From Bugula neritina (Eukaryota > Animalia > Bryozoa), in assembly GCA_964035545.1 (NCBI GenBank), contig OZ037769.1:1054001-1118000 (forward strand): DNA of 64,000 nucleotides, given 5' to 3'. Positions 15,201-28,100 of the stretch are shown one piece after another. The position numbers and the translations under genes are program-made. How positions within the stretch are numbered: position 1 is the first letter of the stretch; every line of letters starts with the position of its first letter. The notes under the pieces were generated by a model. That model did no database searches and had not been told where the DNA came from. It saw nothing but the letters and a program-made list of their open reading frames with translations.

Positions 15201-18200
15201 CAAACTTACCACAACCCATCTCAACTAATTACTACATCATCAATAGTAATAGTAGTGGTCATCAAGTGCAACTCACTAAATGTATAAAATCGTGAAACAA
15301 AAGTTGATTTTAAAACATTTTGGAGACTTGAAAAAATTAGAAGAAATTATATAAAAATGTTTATAAAAACTTAAATAAGTTTCAGATCAGTTTGGAGCAT
15401 TTACACCTGCAACAGCAGCTATACAGTATATGACAGCAGTAGCAGCAGTTACATGGCAGCAGCAGCAAGTTATACACCTACACGTAGAAACTAGCAAAGA
15501 ATGATAAGATGATGATCTCACTGATTATATATACATCTGCTCATTTCTTCTCTAATTACTTTGTGTTACATCACACACTGCTGCCAGTAGTGATACTGAC
15601 TAACCACTGCTGCCAGTAGTGATACTGAATAGTCATACTAACCATTGCTGCCTACGACCCCACAAGGAGCCTCGTTTGCCAGGGCATCAAGTTCTCTGTT
15701 GATATCACAGCCAGTGAGCGCCGGGTCCCAGGTGGAGAACCCTGAAATATATGCATACATTTTTACTACCAGTGTGTGACTGAGAGTGTGACTGAGAGTG
15801 TGACTGAGAGTGTGACTGAGTGTGTGACTGAGAGTGTGACTGAGTGTGTGACTGAGTGTGTGACTGAGAGTGTGACTGAGAGTGTGACTGAGTGTGTGAC
15901 TGAGAGTGTGACTGAGTGTGTGACTGAGAGTGTGACTGAGAGTGTGACTGAGTGCGTGTGAGAATAAAAGAAGTTGGCTAAATAATTAATAAATTACAAG
16001 AAAAAACAAAATTATTCAGCAAAAAGCAGATGTATTCAGCAGAAAATAAATGTATTCAGCAGAAAATTTTATACAAGTATTGGATTGGAAACCAATGAAT
16101 ATGGACAGTCAAAAGCAATTAAGAGCTGCTATGCTATCATATGCCTACAAATAAAGCCATTCAAATTAAACATCTGCCTTATTAGTTAATTAGTTTGTTT
16201 GGAATGCTTAGCAATGAGCCAGACATCAGTTTGATATTCCCCTAGGACACTCAATCTGTCTGTGTGTCTTGTCTGCGGGTTACAGCTGATATGCCACTTT
16301 TATATTTATAGCTTGTTGCAGAGAAAACACTCTCAGTTACGTTTTAATGCTTTATACACTCCCTAAACAAGTGAGACTTACAACTTATCAAAATGTTGCA
16401 AGATAAAATACCTTGCAGTTGTAATGTAATGTAATGCAGTTTAGCAACAAATTCAGCCATGTTTATTGTTTATTATACACAAGTGTAGTGATTAGCATAA
16501 TTTTATTATCACTAAACATTATTACTTCCACCCTTCTTTTTGTATACCGGCTGCATAACATGACATCTTTCACAGCTGAATATTTGATAGATTTCCATTT
16601 TATTTCTGTGGTAAACAAACTAGTATACCCAATACTAGCTGGTAAAGTTATTAGTTATTGGTGAAATGTAATAAACAAGTAAAAAATGCTACTACAAGCG
16701 CCTTTGACAGCTATTGAAACCTACATTCCAATTATTTAGTAGAGTGCAATGTGTTGTGTTTGAAGCAGGTGCAGCAAAAGAGAAATTGAGAAAAGCCTGT
16801 TTTTTAGATTAGAAATGTAGCAAAAGAAGTTATGTTTTTTGCAAGAACTTCAACCCGAGCCCCACACCACAATTTAATAAGAAAAATTGAAAAACTTAGA
16901 CTATCTTAATTTCTTCACTACTGCTCCTAAATGTTTTGTTTTATTTCCACTAAGATGATGGGGAAAGGTGAGAGAGTTGGTGAGAATAGTAAGCCTGCAG
17001 CTAAAGTCTCCATTAATAACTTTACTAGCTTAGAACTGAAGGCAAGTAGCTGTCAGTGATGAATAAGATATGGAAACAATCAGATTCTCTTCAAACCCGG
17101 AGGAGTGGGTTAGGATGAGCAATAAATTAACCTTTAGCACACTATTGAAACATTCCGTAGTAATTGTAGCCTAGCTGCAGCTATTATGTAAACTGTATCT
17201 TACTAATACTTTCTTGAATGGATGCCACAAGGCAGAGAAACAATAGAACAGATGCTTGAAGATTTAAAAGAACTTAGTTATGAATTTGCCCTGAGATGTA
17301 AATTAGGGCTTTACAATAGTTGCAAGATGAACTAATAAAATGAAGCTAACTGGAATATGCTTATGAAAAACTTTTATTACAGCTTAAAACTCTTTCTGTT
17401 GAACTTCTTTTTTAAAAATTGTGAAATATGTATGAAAAACTGTTGCGAAATGCATCAACTGTTTATTTTGTAGGTATAGGTAGCAGTTAATTATAAATTT
17501 TATTGTCTTGTTATGGTCGACTGTTGCATAATAACTTTACACAGTTGGGCAGTATGAAATATTAAAAATATAGTTGCTTTGGTACCCATGCAGCTCGGCA
17601 AATCTCTTAATTATTTTGGTACTTATTCCCTGATATGCTGTTAACGACTGTGTAATCAGCCAGCGTAATATTTCACATTAGATGATGAGCAACTCATGCC
17701 CTACTCAAAGCCCCTACTCTTGTGGAGTATGTACTGTACTGTTAACTAGATTGTGCAGACAGACAGACAGCATGCATCATCGGCCTAATGAAATATATCC
17801 GGTAGCTAATGCATTGAGGCTGCAAATACCACTTGAGTTTTGTATTATTTTATGCATATTATTCTATATTCTTGGCATGTCCTTAGGGACGATATTTGCT
17901 GACTGTACTGCTTGTACTTGCATCTTGTTGAAGCACACATGCATTATTAACATGCCTATAAATCAATATCACTGAGTAATTAAAATAAATAACTAATCTC
18001 TGGCTCCATAGACTGGGAGCCTGTTTCCTGAAGTGCTATTGTGGGGTCGGATTTGCTGAAGCGCTGTGAACTAAATATGCTGATTTTCTACTAAACTTGT
18101 TGAAGTTGCAGGTGAATCGGGTGCTAAGTGTAGAAATTTACTGGTCTAGAACACCTATTCTGCTGGGAAACATAAATTGCTGAGTTCAAGTGAATAATTA

Positions 18201-19583
18201 AAAATTGTCACTTTGTTATCATCATCCCTAATCATAGTTAACATGACACTAGGTTTTCAGTACAGCTGTCTGCCTGATGAATATTAGAAAACTGAAACAA
18301 AGACCACCATAAAATTTAGAAATAACCAAAATTGATATCAGGAAAAAGTATGGCTTTCAAAGCTAAAAACTACTAGCAGTTTACTCACTAAACACACAAT
18401 CTGAGCCAAAGTTGGCTAGCTAGTATTCAAACTTTTTTATTTTTTATTTGCTACTCAGAATTTAAAATCAACAGTTACAATTATTTGAAACAACAGTATA
18501 TTATTATATAATTGAATATATTATAATGCTAAATTTTCATTTTCCAGTGTTCAAGAAAACTTTTCAACATATTTGATTTACTACCTTAACTTAATATAAT
18601 ACTGTATAATAAATGTATAATATAATGAGAATTCCGAAGTTTTTTATAAAATTAAAACAAACATTTTTCTGAGCAAATGATTTTAGATAAAGTTATAATT
18701 AACTATAGTACCCCAGACATCATCTATAGTCTATACTATGATTGATAACAGAAACTGTAGATTTGGCATGCACATCTTTCTTAACCCTGAATAACTTGGG
18801 TTAGTTTTTGGACTTGATTTCATGACTTATTATTGATTAGACCAATAAGAAAAATTGCTACTAAAACTAAGTTCAAATATATTTAGTAACGAAAGAAATA
18901 TCAATAAGTAATACTTGTTCTGGGGCTGTTGTTTATTCATAAGGTTAATCATAATAATATTCATAGGGTTAGAGTCGAGATGATACAGAGGATTCCAAAT
19001 TAAAATTATCAAACGATACTACGTAAATTCATCAAAATAGTAATAAGTAACATAACATAATAATTATCATCATCATAATAATACTACAGTCATTGTCTTA
19101 TTACTATTAGTCTTAATATTAGCCTTGAATTACTATTAGCATTGCCATTAAACAATCACAATCAAACTTTAACTTTTTATATTCATAATGATAATGATAC
19201 TGATAGCCAACGAGTTGGCTATCGTGCCGATTGTGAACCTAGTCTCATGAACTTGAATTTTTACTATTCCTACAGTACAGCCAGTTGGTCTAGCAGCATA
19301 TTACTGCTACTCGGTGTTTGTGAGACTGAGTAAGTAGAACTATGACTATCACTAGGTCTAGGAGTAGGCACTGGTAGTAAGACTCAGTCAGTAAAAAGTA
19401 ATTAGGGCACACCAACTTAACAGACTCACCCTTTATAATACGCTCTAATATTGATGCCTTGTGATCTTCTGATGAAGCTTCACCAACTACAACAAGAGCT
19501 GCGCTTCCAAACATCTCTTCTGCGAAGATAGCCTGTCTAAACTGTGGTGAAGTTAGCTCTTTCTCACCCATGTTCCACTCCAT
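292..19583 (-). CDS. futsch: MAP1/Futsch-family microtubule-associated protein, 23 coding exons, ~1771 aa. Exons (5'->3'): 19583-19430, 15741-15643, 14070-13936, 13780-13664, 12834-12665, 10333-10188, 9668-9415, 9079-8887, 8669-8483, 8287-8135, 7754-7501, 7350-7296, 7089-5499, 5414-5116, 4989-4704, 3504-3328, 2412-2228, 2043-1923, 1797-1625, 1416-1194, 1108-1015, 851-697, 386-292
   Basis: All junctions are GT-AG with consistent phases, total 5316 nt. N-terminal MAP1 domain motifs: LVVVGE..H...LERI.KG, LEILINP, SPCLYVFPAAQGDCAVFGVDGFNMLLDGG, CFWEFISHVDKLD, LVW...RILYPGSAPQ..IFKGLDQLK. Futsch-like WGEPQSLPLPP. K/A/S-rich basic region. C-terminal light-chain motifs FYVDVAYVPHHG..EYFQRIRS, VTVIPTYD and terminal SFHAARLEF*. 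The start ATG is uncertain (19583, 19571 or 19514). Confidence 0.92.
436..707. repeat. 31-bp minisatellite (~9 copies) filling the last MAP1 intron and including the exon 22 donor
   Basis: Unit cagttactcacccagttagttactatctact; actcac/gtcac recurs at 443, 474, 505, 536, 567, 598, 629, 660 and 691. Confidence 0.9.
1459..1535. repeat. 14-bp intronic minisatellite
   Basis: (gtgtgacagaggag)n, ~5 copies. Confidence 0.8.
2080..2197. repeat. 19-bp intronic minisatellite
   Basis: (cactgcacaccgcagagat)n, ~6 copies. Confidence 0.85.
2930..3100. repeat. 23-bp intronic minisatellite
   Basis: (tactgtgaattagtactagttac)n, ~7 copies. Confidence 0.85.
3703..4470. mobile_element. Non-autonomous DNA transposon (Kolobok-like MITE), 768 bp
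   Basis: Perfect 16-bp TIR AGGATTGCTCTATCTT (3703-3718) / AAGATAGAGCAATCCT (4455-4470), flanked by TTAA at 3699-3702 and 4471-4474. A TTAA TSD with purine-purine termini fits Kolobok rather than piggyBac (CCY). No coding capacity. Confidence 0.8.
4543..4635. repeat. 17-bp intronic minisatellite
   Basis: (gtgacatcaccagggca)n, ~5 copies. Confidence 0.8.
5130..5370 (-). repeat. Coding tandem repeat in MAP1: GVSEECNQDS(L/QL)(A/T), 36-39 bp units
   Basis: About 6 copies in exon 5414-5116. Confidence 0.85.
5625..5885 (-). repeat. Coding 21-bp repeat in MAP1: (TEDLTPG)n
   Basis: About 12 heptapeptides in the 1.6-kb exon. Confidence 0.85.
6480..7040 (-). repeat. Coding 21-bp repeat in MAP1: (PAEDV[I/M][P/S])n
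   Basis: About 25 acidic Pro-rich heptapeptides. Confidence 0.9.
8714..8850. repeat. (CTA/TAG)n-type microsatellite in MAP1 intron
   Basis: Imperfect actact/tagtac run; explains the spurious poly-T/S/V ORFs. Confidence 0.85.
9100..9414. repeat. 26-bp minisatellite occupying nearly the whole MAP1 intron 9080-9414
   Basis: (tatctacactatctagtatattctac)n, ~11 copies. Confidence 0.85.
11305..11550. repeat. 13-bp intronic minisatellite
   Basis: (tatacctacactg)n. Confidence 0.85.
12288..12625. repeat. 16-bp intronic minisatellite
   Basis: (tacctaccacagcgat/agagtt)n, ~20 degenerate copies. Confidence 0.85.
15773..15960. repeat. 12-bp intronic minisatellite
   Basis: (gtgtgactgag[a/t])n, ~15 copies. 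Confidence 0.9.
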
Positions 19584-22148
19584 GTTCAAAAAACGTCACA
19601 GCCCGCAACTTAATCTGCCCGCTTGTTGGCTATTGTTTCAAGATCCGCCCACAAGCCAAAAGTATACAAAAGCACGTGGTAGTTTATAAGGAAATCAGTA
19701 ATTAAAATGAGAAGCATTCCCGGCTTTATTCGCTTTGCTTGATTGGTTTTTACTACATTGGGATTCATCTACTCTTTCGTAAATGGTGAAGCGGCCTATG
19801 CAAAATAACAACTATTTATAAAAGAAATTGATTGGTGAAAGTTGGCACAAAACAGTGTTATAACAACAGCATATAAGCTGAATAACTAAGCCTATATGCA
19901 ACGTTTTACTGTCTCTATCATATTACATAGCCCTTTAGATTACAATTCTTTATTGGCCTAATCATTAAGTCATTTTGCCTGTTGTGTCAAAATTAACATT
20001 ATGCATTGGACTTGAACCAGTTTTACAACTTTCAATCCACACATTATAATAATATTAAATCTTTATTATTACAACAGTAAGTATTTTTATATAAAACAAA
20101 AAGAACAAATTTAGGCCTTGACTTGTAACAGTTTTAGTGCATGATAATATTATGATCAAACTTATACTGTAAATATGCTGTAACTAATATAGTCTGTCAA
20201 ATGCAGATAAAAAATAAAGAATGATATTGGGTCATAAAAAGGTCAGTATTATCATAAAAAAGTTAAATTTTTTCCATTCATTAAAAACCAATATTAGAAG
20301 TTATCCTCTTCTACACTCTCTTATGGAGAGCAAATATAAGACTTCAGCGATGTTCAAAATCTCACAGTCTATATTCTATAATATGTCTTAAATTCCATAA
20401 TGTAGGCATATCTAATTGTCCATAGCTGAATCTCTCCTGCAGGCAAAGACAACTCTTCCCGAAACATAGTTTTTCAAAATTAATAATTATGAACTAATCT
20501 GTTAAAATCAAACTATTTTTTCAATGTAGTGTCTGCAACTGGGCATCGTTTTAAACTAAGGTTTTTTTTATCATAACATTTACATCTAAATTAGCTAACA
20601 TCTAACAATCTCTCTGACTTCATAATGATCACAAGTCATTTGTTGTTAGAGTTATGCTCTCTTGGGCTCATAGTTCTAACAAATTCTATTCATTTGCTGA
20701 TCATCAAAATATCTTAGTTGTTTTATATATAAATACTACCAATTGATAAATATTATTTTTAAATAAGTTTTTTTACATAGAATAAAAATGTCAGCAGAAA
20801 GTTGCAAGCAGTTTATTAAACATAAAGCTAATGAATTGTAGATTACCAGCAAGAAAGTTAGAGTGTTGCCTACTTCCTTTTGAAAAAAAAGATAGATTTT
20901 AGAGTATAAAACTCAGTTAAACTATATTCAGAGTAATTTAGTTTAAGTGGCTAAATTGTCTGATAATTCAATATATAATGAGAGCATAGAACCACTCACT
21001 GACTGACAGCAAAACTTCTGCACATCAGCTGCAGAAAATTGGGCTGCTATGTTTGGGTTTCTTGTGGTCAAATGCTAATTCACTGTTTCTTTTATTCCAA
21101 TCAAATTCCCATTGTTGAAAATAGGAAGTGATACTTAAAAATAAATTAAACTTACAGCACCAGGGCAGGGCAAACACAATAGGTCATTTAAGCTGACTTC
21201 ATATGTTTCAATTAGTAACCATTATATGTACTTTTATGTTAACATAAAAGAGATTAACCCAAAAGGAAAGCTTTTAAAGTTTAGCCATAAACTGTGCCTG
21301 TTTTGATGAGTTGAGGAAAAGTTATTTTTTGTGCAACTCTCTTTAAAGACTAGTTATAAGTCACTGTTGGTACAATTTAGCTGTCTAGTTACCTTCTTGT
21401 GTGTAGTCTACTATAAAAAATACCTACTATAAAAAGAAGGACTTCATATAGGTAGTGTCATAAATGCAGAATTCAAAGCTATTTTTACACCTCCTAATAC
21501 ATGATTTATGAAAATATTTATTCCTCATTAGAATAAAATCTAATTCCATCCTAGAAGCTGTAACCATATGGTTACTGTCAGTCACGTTGCCATGGCAACC
21601 ATATAGCACAAGTTCCTACCAGCTAGCCAGGTAGCCTATCCTTAACCCACACAACAACTTATTCAACCTATCGCTGGAGCTGAGGCTACACAGTGAGAGT
21701 GGGTCTGGGCAAGATTATATTATTCATAAATTAGAGGGTCTGAGACTTGATCGGTTCTTATAACATCAGTAGAGTAGCTGTAGCTTGCAAGTGCTTGCAG
21801 GTGCTTGTGTGTCATCTACCACAGCTGTAGTCTAGTTAAAATTTTTAGCTCTCTGCTGACTTGAGCATAAAAAGGGTATTGTTCTGCGGCAGCATATTGG
21901 TCTAGACTCTGTCTACAGGTGGCTGTCAATATATAGGGAGTAACTATAGAGTATATAGATAGCAGCTGTTTGTTTATATACATCAGGGAAAACTAATTAC
22001 TGCACATAAAGGTTAGTAATTAAACGCAAGAGCTGCCTGCACACAGCTAGCTGCAAGTAGACTCTGGAGATAGGAAACAGCTCGTAGTCTGCGGCAGACT
22101 TATTGGGCAGGTTATGGGACAGCCATCGTATCGCCAGCTACTGGAAAG

Positions 22149-25100
22149 ATGAAGAGGTTGTCACTGTATATTCTACTATATCTACTAGTCACATCAGTGA
22201 CTTACTCAGTGACTAAAAGGTAAGTGTAGTGTTCTTTCTATTGCTCATCAAAATAGTAAATTAATATATGAGCATATTATATCTAATCTTCATTTGACCT
22301 TGAGCTTGTCATAGGCATGTCATAACCACAAGTTGTCAACTTATCTTATCTTAGAGAACAACACTAGATTCTAGAAGGTACTGGAACTTTTTAGGAATCT
22401 CAGTCTTGTTAGAATGATCAGTTACATTCACTGTAATATTAGTCACAAAAATATAATATGTTAGCAGTATCTTAACCTACTTAAATAGGTATTGAATGAG
22501 TAATTAACACTTTCCCTGGGTGGCACAAACATGGCTTTTGAATTTAAAGCTTTTAAGATCTTCGAATCGTAATTCTAATCACTTGTAACATAACAGAAAA
22601 TAACTTTGCAGTTATGTCATTTGTCAGAGGAAACACTTTCACTCGAAAATTTAACTCAAGTTCAACTATTGGTTTCCTTAAAACATACTTCAAGTAGATT
22701 GAAGCAGACGGTGAATAAATTAAATTGTGAAAAGTATACCACAGTTTGTACTCGGTGTGCAAAAGTCCTTTTTCTGCTAAAAGTGCACTTTTAATTTAAC
22801 TTTTTGCTGACAAAGAATTTGTGTGGAAGAGGAGGGAGGTTTACAGAGGTGAAGGTCTGCTTGTTGACAGGTCAGGAAGACCTCTACTCCATAAATTGCC
22901 CAATAAAAGAAGCTAATTTGGTACATTTACACAAACAGGTACACGGTAGTAGACACATATTACATCTGGTTTGTGTCTTACTAAGCTGGTAATTTCTGGG
23001 AGGGTTTTCCACCAAAATGAATTTTTTCTTGCAATATCTAAACAAGTTCTGAGCTCTAAAGCTAATGGTAATTTCAGCTGTGCATTATTTAGGTATCTAT
23101 CATGAATTGTGGGTCAATTTTGCCAATTTTGAAACCACAATTACTGCAATAGTTTAAAGAAATTTGTAAAATTTACAGATATGTCCGTAGTTTTACCAAA
23201 AAGAACATCAAATAATAGAAAGTAAGATAACTATGCTTTCTATAATTTCAATGGCAATTACTGAACCTACATAGAACTTTACTCAAGAAAATGTAAAATA
23301 ATCTGTTGATGATTGTTTGAGTAGCAGACTGGTATTGGTTGCCTCCTAGCTATAAACTGGGTGCTTATTTCAGGTTGGAACTGACTTTGGTAGACTTGAA
23401 GAAGATTAATGATGAAAGTCTAGTGGAGAAGATGATGCACATGGTACACTCTCTTGACAACCCAAAGGTATGTGAGATCTACATTCTATAATCACTAATT
23501 AGTCCTAACATATGCCAGTGAATTAACTGGTGCTGAGAAAGAAGCTAAAAGCTTAAGTTCATGACCAGAATCTGTTTTCTGATTTTCTGGCTCTAAGGCA
23601 ATTTATGTTGTCTGAATTAAGAATGGATTATCTTTAACTGCACTTGCTTTTAATAATTAAATACATCTTGCCTTTTGGAAAATCAAACAAACCTTACCTA
23701 AAAATATTCTATTAATAAGTATCTAACCTTTGAAAGTGCAACTACACCAATAGCACAAAATCTAAAGTAAAAACACATACTGCAGACAATTGCCAATATG
23801 CCCTTCTCCAATATATTATTATTTAAACCAAAGGCATTGAAAGGTCACCCAGAGGTCAAGCACAGACTATCAACTAAGTATCCTTAAGCTAATGGGATAT
23901 TACTGTCTATAGGCTTTGGTTTTCTTCCTATATAATTAGTCTTTATTGCTAGGTACAAATCTTTGATTTAAATGTCAGAAATTTAGTCTAAAATGTCAAA
24001 AGCTGGTTTGTGTAATTAAATTGTTTTTGGAAGTTGGCATTTATCCTCAGCTTTTTGTCTGAGAAATCCATCTACAGCTTAAAAGCGTTCTTCAAATGTC
24101 TAACAGGCAGCAGGCAGCACATACATAAATATAATGTAATGTGATATAATATAATATAATATTATAATATAATATAACATGATATAACATATAATATAGT
24201 ATAGCATATTATATTATGATAAAATATAATTTTATATAAATATAATATAATATATAGTATATCCTATATATTCAAAAGTATTTGCATTCGCCAACTGTTG
24301 AAGAGTAGACATTGGGTTGTTCATATATTTGTTGTTATGAGTCAACACGTTCTTCTGATACTACAGTAGATTGTTCACACAGCTCACTTAAAACACTTTA
24401 TTAATCAATGCTTCCATATCTATAATGGTAAATTTTATGCATAAGAATTCTAATCACGACATGAACCAATGATATTAGACATGAATCTTGGCTAAACTGT
24501 CAAGTGGTGTTAGACATGTGCCATTTCTTCATCCAGTATATTCTGTCAACTTAAGAAGCAACAGTTTTTTGCATTGCGTGGCCAAGACATGCTCCAAAAT
24601 ATGCCAATAAAACTTCAAGATTACTTATCTTCAAAGACGACTTAGCTTAGCTGGTACCACCATTCAGTGCGAGACCGACTTGATCAGATTAAGGGGCTGA
24701 AAGGTGTCTGCAATGAACACCTGATGAAGTCATTATGTTAGTAATAATGCTTTTCTACTTTCCGTCTCCAAGACCTGAGTGACTGAATATGTTCTAAATA
24801 TGGCTCAACTGCTGGCCCTCTTTGTGTTTGCTATCTTTAAGTGTTGTGATGGGATCAATGCTTGTTTATCAAAAACATGGCAACAGGAACAGGGATAATA
24901 AATTAATTTCCGTGGAAGTTTCACCAACTGTTTTGATGATGCTGTTGGTTTTGATGCTGAAATATTTGAGGATGTATTAGTTGAATTATAACTACTTTAG
25001 CCCCTGGAAATGCACACAGAATGTTACACTATAAAAATAGCAAACTTAAAGGTCTTTACATTTTTGTTTAGCCTTTTAAAGGTTATCAAAATGCTATCAC

Positions 25101-28100
25101 AAAGTGAATAGGCACCACCCTACTCTATTCGGTTAACTTAAGGCTATTCAGTGGGTTAAATATAGTTATAATGTCAAGGTTTTATTATGTTGCTATATTT
25201 TGGTATTCTGTATAGCCAGTAATTTGTGTTTAAGTTGATGGAGACATGTAAGTAAGTGACTAGAGGCATAACTAAGTCCTTACAGAGAGAGATAAGTTAA
25301 TAGGGACATAAGTATATCAAGCTAGAGACACAAGTAGCAAGACCTGGTACAAGTACCATTACCAAGCTACACTGACTCACATGATGAATAAAATGGCTAC
25401 TCCCCCACTACCCTAGCTATCAGGAAAGATTAATTAGGCTTTCTAAAAGCCAAAGCCTTGTAATTATAATTGCTATTAGGTTAATGAAAATCGAGTACAT
25501 GAAATGTACGTTGTTTCCTTGAACGATGCTGAAATGTTGCCAAAAATATTTAGGATTAAACTTGCCCTCTCTTCTTTAGAATCATTTTGCCTTCTTGAAA
25601 CAAAATCAGCAGTTGCTAAAGATTAGCAGCCATTGAGAACGTTGGAAACTCTCAGTCAAAGTAGCCCATGTATTTATGTACCTTAAAACTCACTTATAAG
25701 CATGCTAGTTCTTATACTGTAGCAGTATAAGAGTGTGAACAAGCTAGTATGGGCCCTAGTCTGCATAAATTGTAGAGTTTTACAGATACTGAAGTTGTAT
25801 TTTCTGTCATATGGTGGCAGTGCAGGATTGGGAATCATTTTTTACGGAAAAAGCCACGTTTTCATTAGCTTTTTAAAAACTTGTTTAGTGAGCCTTTAAA
25901 CACCATGTTTAGTACGTCTCAAGATAGCTTTCAGATAGGCATGCTCTGATTGGTTGAATAGTTTGAAAATAATTACTGAAAAGATTGCTTTTCTACTGGA
26001 CTCAGGCATTGAATTTCACTGTCAGTTGAAAAGGGTTAATGTTATACAACTATGTATAATTATCCCCATTACAAACCCAACATCTTTCAAGTAACAACTT
26101 AAGTACTTCCACAGCTACTGAGCTAGCCAATATAACAGCTAGCACTTGAAATTTTTGGCCAATTTCAAACTTTAGTCTATTAAATTATAACTAGTGATTT
26201 ATTTAAATAATGTGTCCAACACAAACTAAATAGGGGCAGCAGAAATTCTGCTTTGACGTAAATTTTCTGAAAAAAAAGTACGACGTATTCTATGCGATAT
26301 TTGGCTGTTTAACTAGCCCTATTACCTCTAGCCTTAATATGTGTACTAAGTATAAGCCTGTGAAATCATTCGTTAACGTGGCTTTAATACCAGCTACCTA
26401 GCTGGGTTCTTCCATCAACCCTCCCAATAAACTAGGAGTTTAGCGGGTTAGTTAACTAGGCTAACTTATATTTATTTCAAGGTTAATGACGTGGGTTTAT
26501 ATAAAAGGTCTGTACTTCTTCAAGTAATAGATTGTGGAAGGAAGACGTTTAGATTAAGAAATACCTCATAAGATTATGGAATATCAGAGGCAGATTAAAA
26601 GCTTAAGAGCTGTCAATTTCTACTAGAGAATTATAAGCTAATATAAATGGCACAAGAAAACCGTAAATCTGGACATTATTAATATAATAATTCATCTAAT
26701 AATAATCTTTCAGTCTGCAGTTGAGAAATAATTACGTCCTCCCAGATCTTTCACCATTCTTCACATTCCAAGGAAATCATAAGTCATCTTGGTTTTTCAT
26801 AATTATCACTAAAGCTAATCTTGAAAATATGTAAAGTGTGCTAATACTTATTATATCTTAATATAATATAATGTCTTTATTATGGCGCATCTAACTTAAT
26901 ACACTTTTGCAATGTGTGATAAAACATAATATTATAATTAACAGATCACGCTATTATATTACTATAATAAGTAATATAACATATTATTATAACACTACAT
27001 AACACCATAATATGTAACATAGCTGCTAAAGCCAAAAACTCTATGAAAACAGCTAGTTAAGCTTTACATTAAGGTATTTAAACCCATGCAGTCTGTTCTA
27101 TCAACACCTGAACGTGGTTCAAGCACAAAAGATATTTTTGGAACAAAGAATTTCCTGTAACTGCTATAACAGAAATATAAAGTTATATAATTACGACTTA
27201 ATACTGTTGCTAAAGAGTAATATGTACACCTAATATACCATGATCTATACAGTAAGTTTAGAACCATATCATAGCCAGCCAGAATGGCAACACGCTTTCA
27301 GTTGGAGTCTTTTTGTTGTTATCTATAAATCAGAGCGTGAAGGAAGTGATAAATAGTCTGGCATTCTGGGAATCATCACTCTCCAGTACAACTCGCCCAG
27401 CTGTGACAGTATATGGTAGAGAGCCGATGATATTGGTAACACATTGATCACAGGGCATGCTATTTGTGACGTAATTGAAATATGAAATCACATCATGATA
27501 AGAACAGAAATAACACATTATTTATAATATCATCAGGTGATATGATACCGTGGTGTGATATAATGCAGATAAATATGAAATGTGGCTTCAGCTGAACAAT
27601 GGACATTTTTATGTAAGGTATTTTTTATGAGCGGCTGCTTGTATTGGTTTTAAAGACTTTGCTATAGGAGTTTAGCGATTTTGTATTTCGCAATAAGCTA
27701 CTTATATTTCTAACTTACTTTCTTAAATGTCATTGGCCACAAATATTTTGTCAATAAAGCTGGCAATAATACTGCGGCTGCCATTAATGTTATTGCTACT
27801 AATAATGCTAGCGGCAGCGTTTATTAGTAACTACTGTAGAGTAGTAGAAAGATAATTTCCGCAATATTATGCTCTCTGGCTATGTGGGCTCAAAATTCTT
27901 TAATGTATAGTGTAAGCCAAGAGTTAACAATAACATCGGTCATAACAAAATAATTTCAAAGATGTTTACAAGCTAGCCTGTAGAATAACATATATGACTA
28001 CCTACTACAGAAATATCTAAGGCAGAAATACATAATACAGAACTATAATACATATGTTATGTAATAATACAGAACTACATGTATAACACTGAGCTCTCTC

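Noticed and set aside
24280-25000. Slightly GC-richer, coding-like stretch in the carboxypeptidase intron
   Set aside because: Multiple stops in the frames inspected and no recognisable motif
27334-27435. Possible extra phase-0 carboxypeptidase pro-domain exon (SVKEVINSLAFWESS...)
   Set aside because: Open and in phase, but the acceptor and donor are weak and the pro-region is already normal length without it; cannot be supported without transcripts
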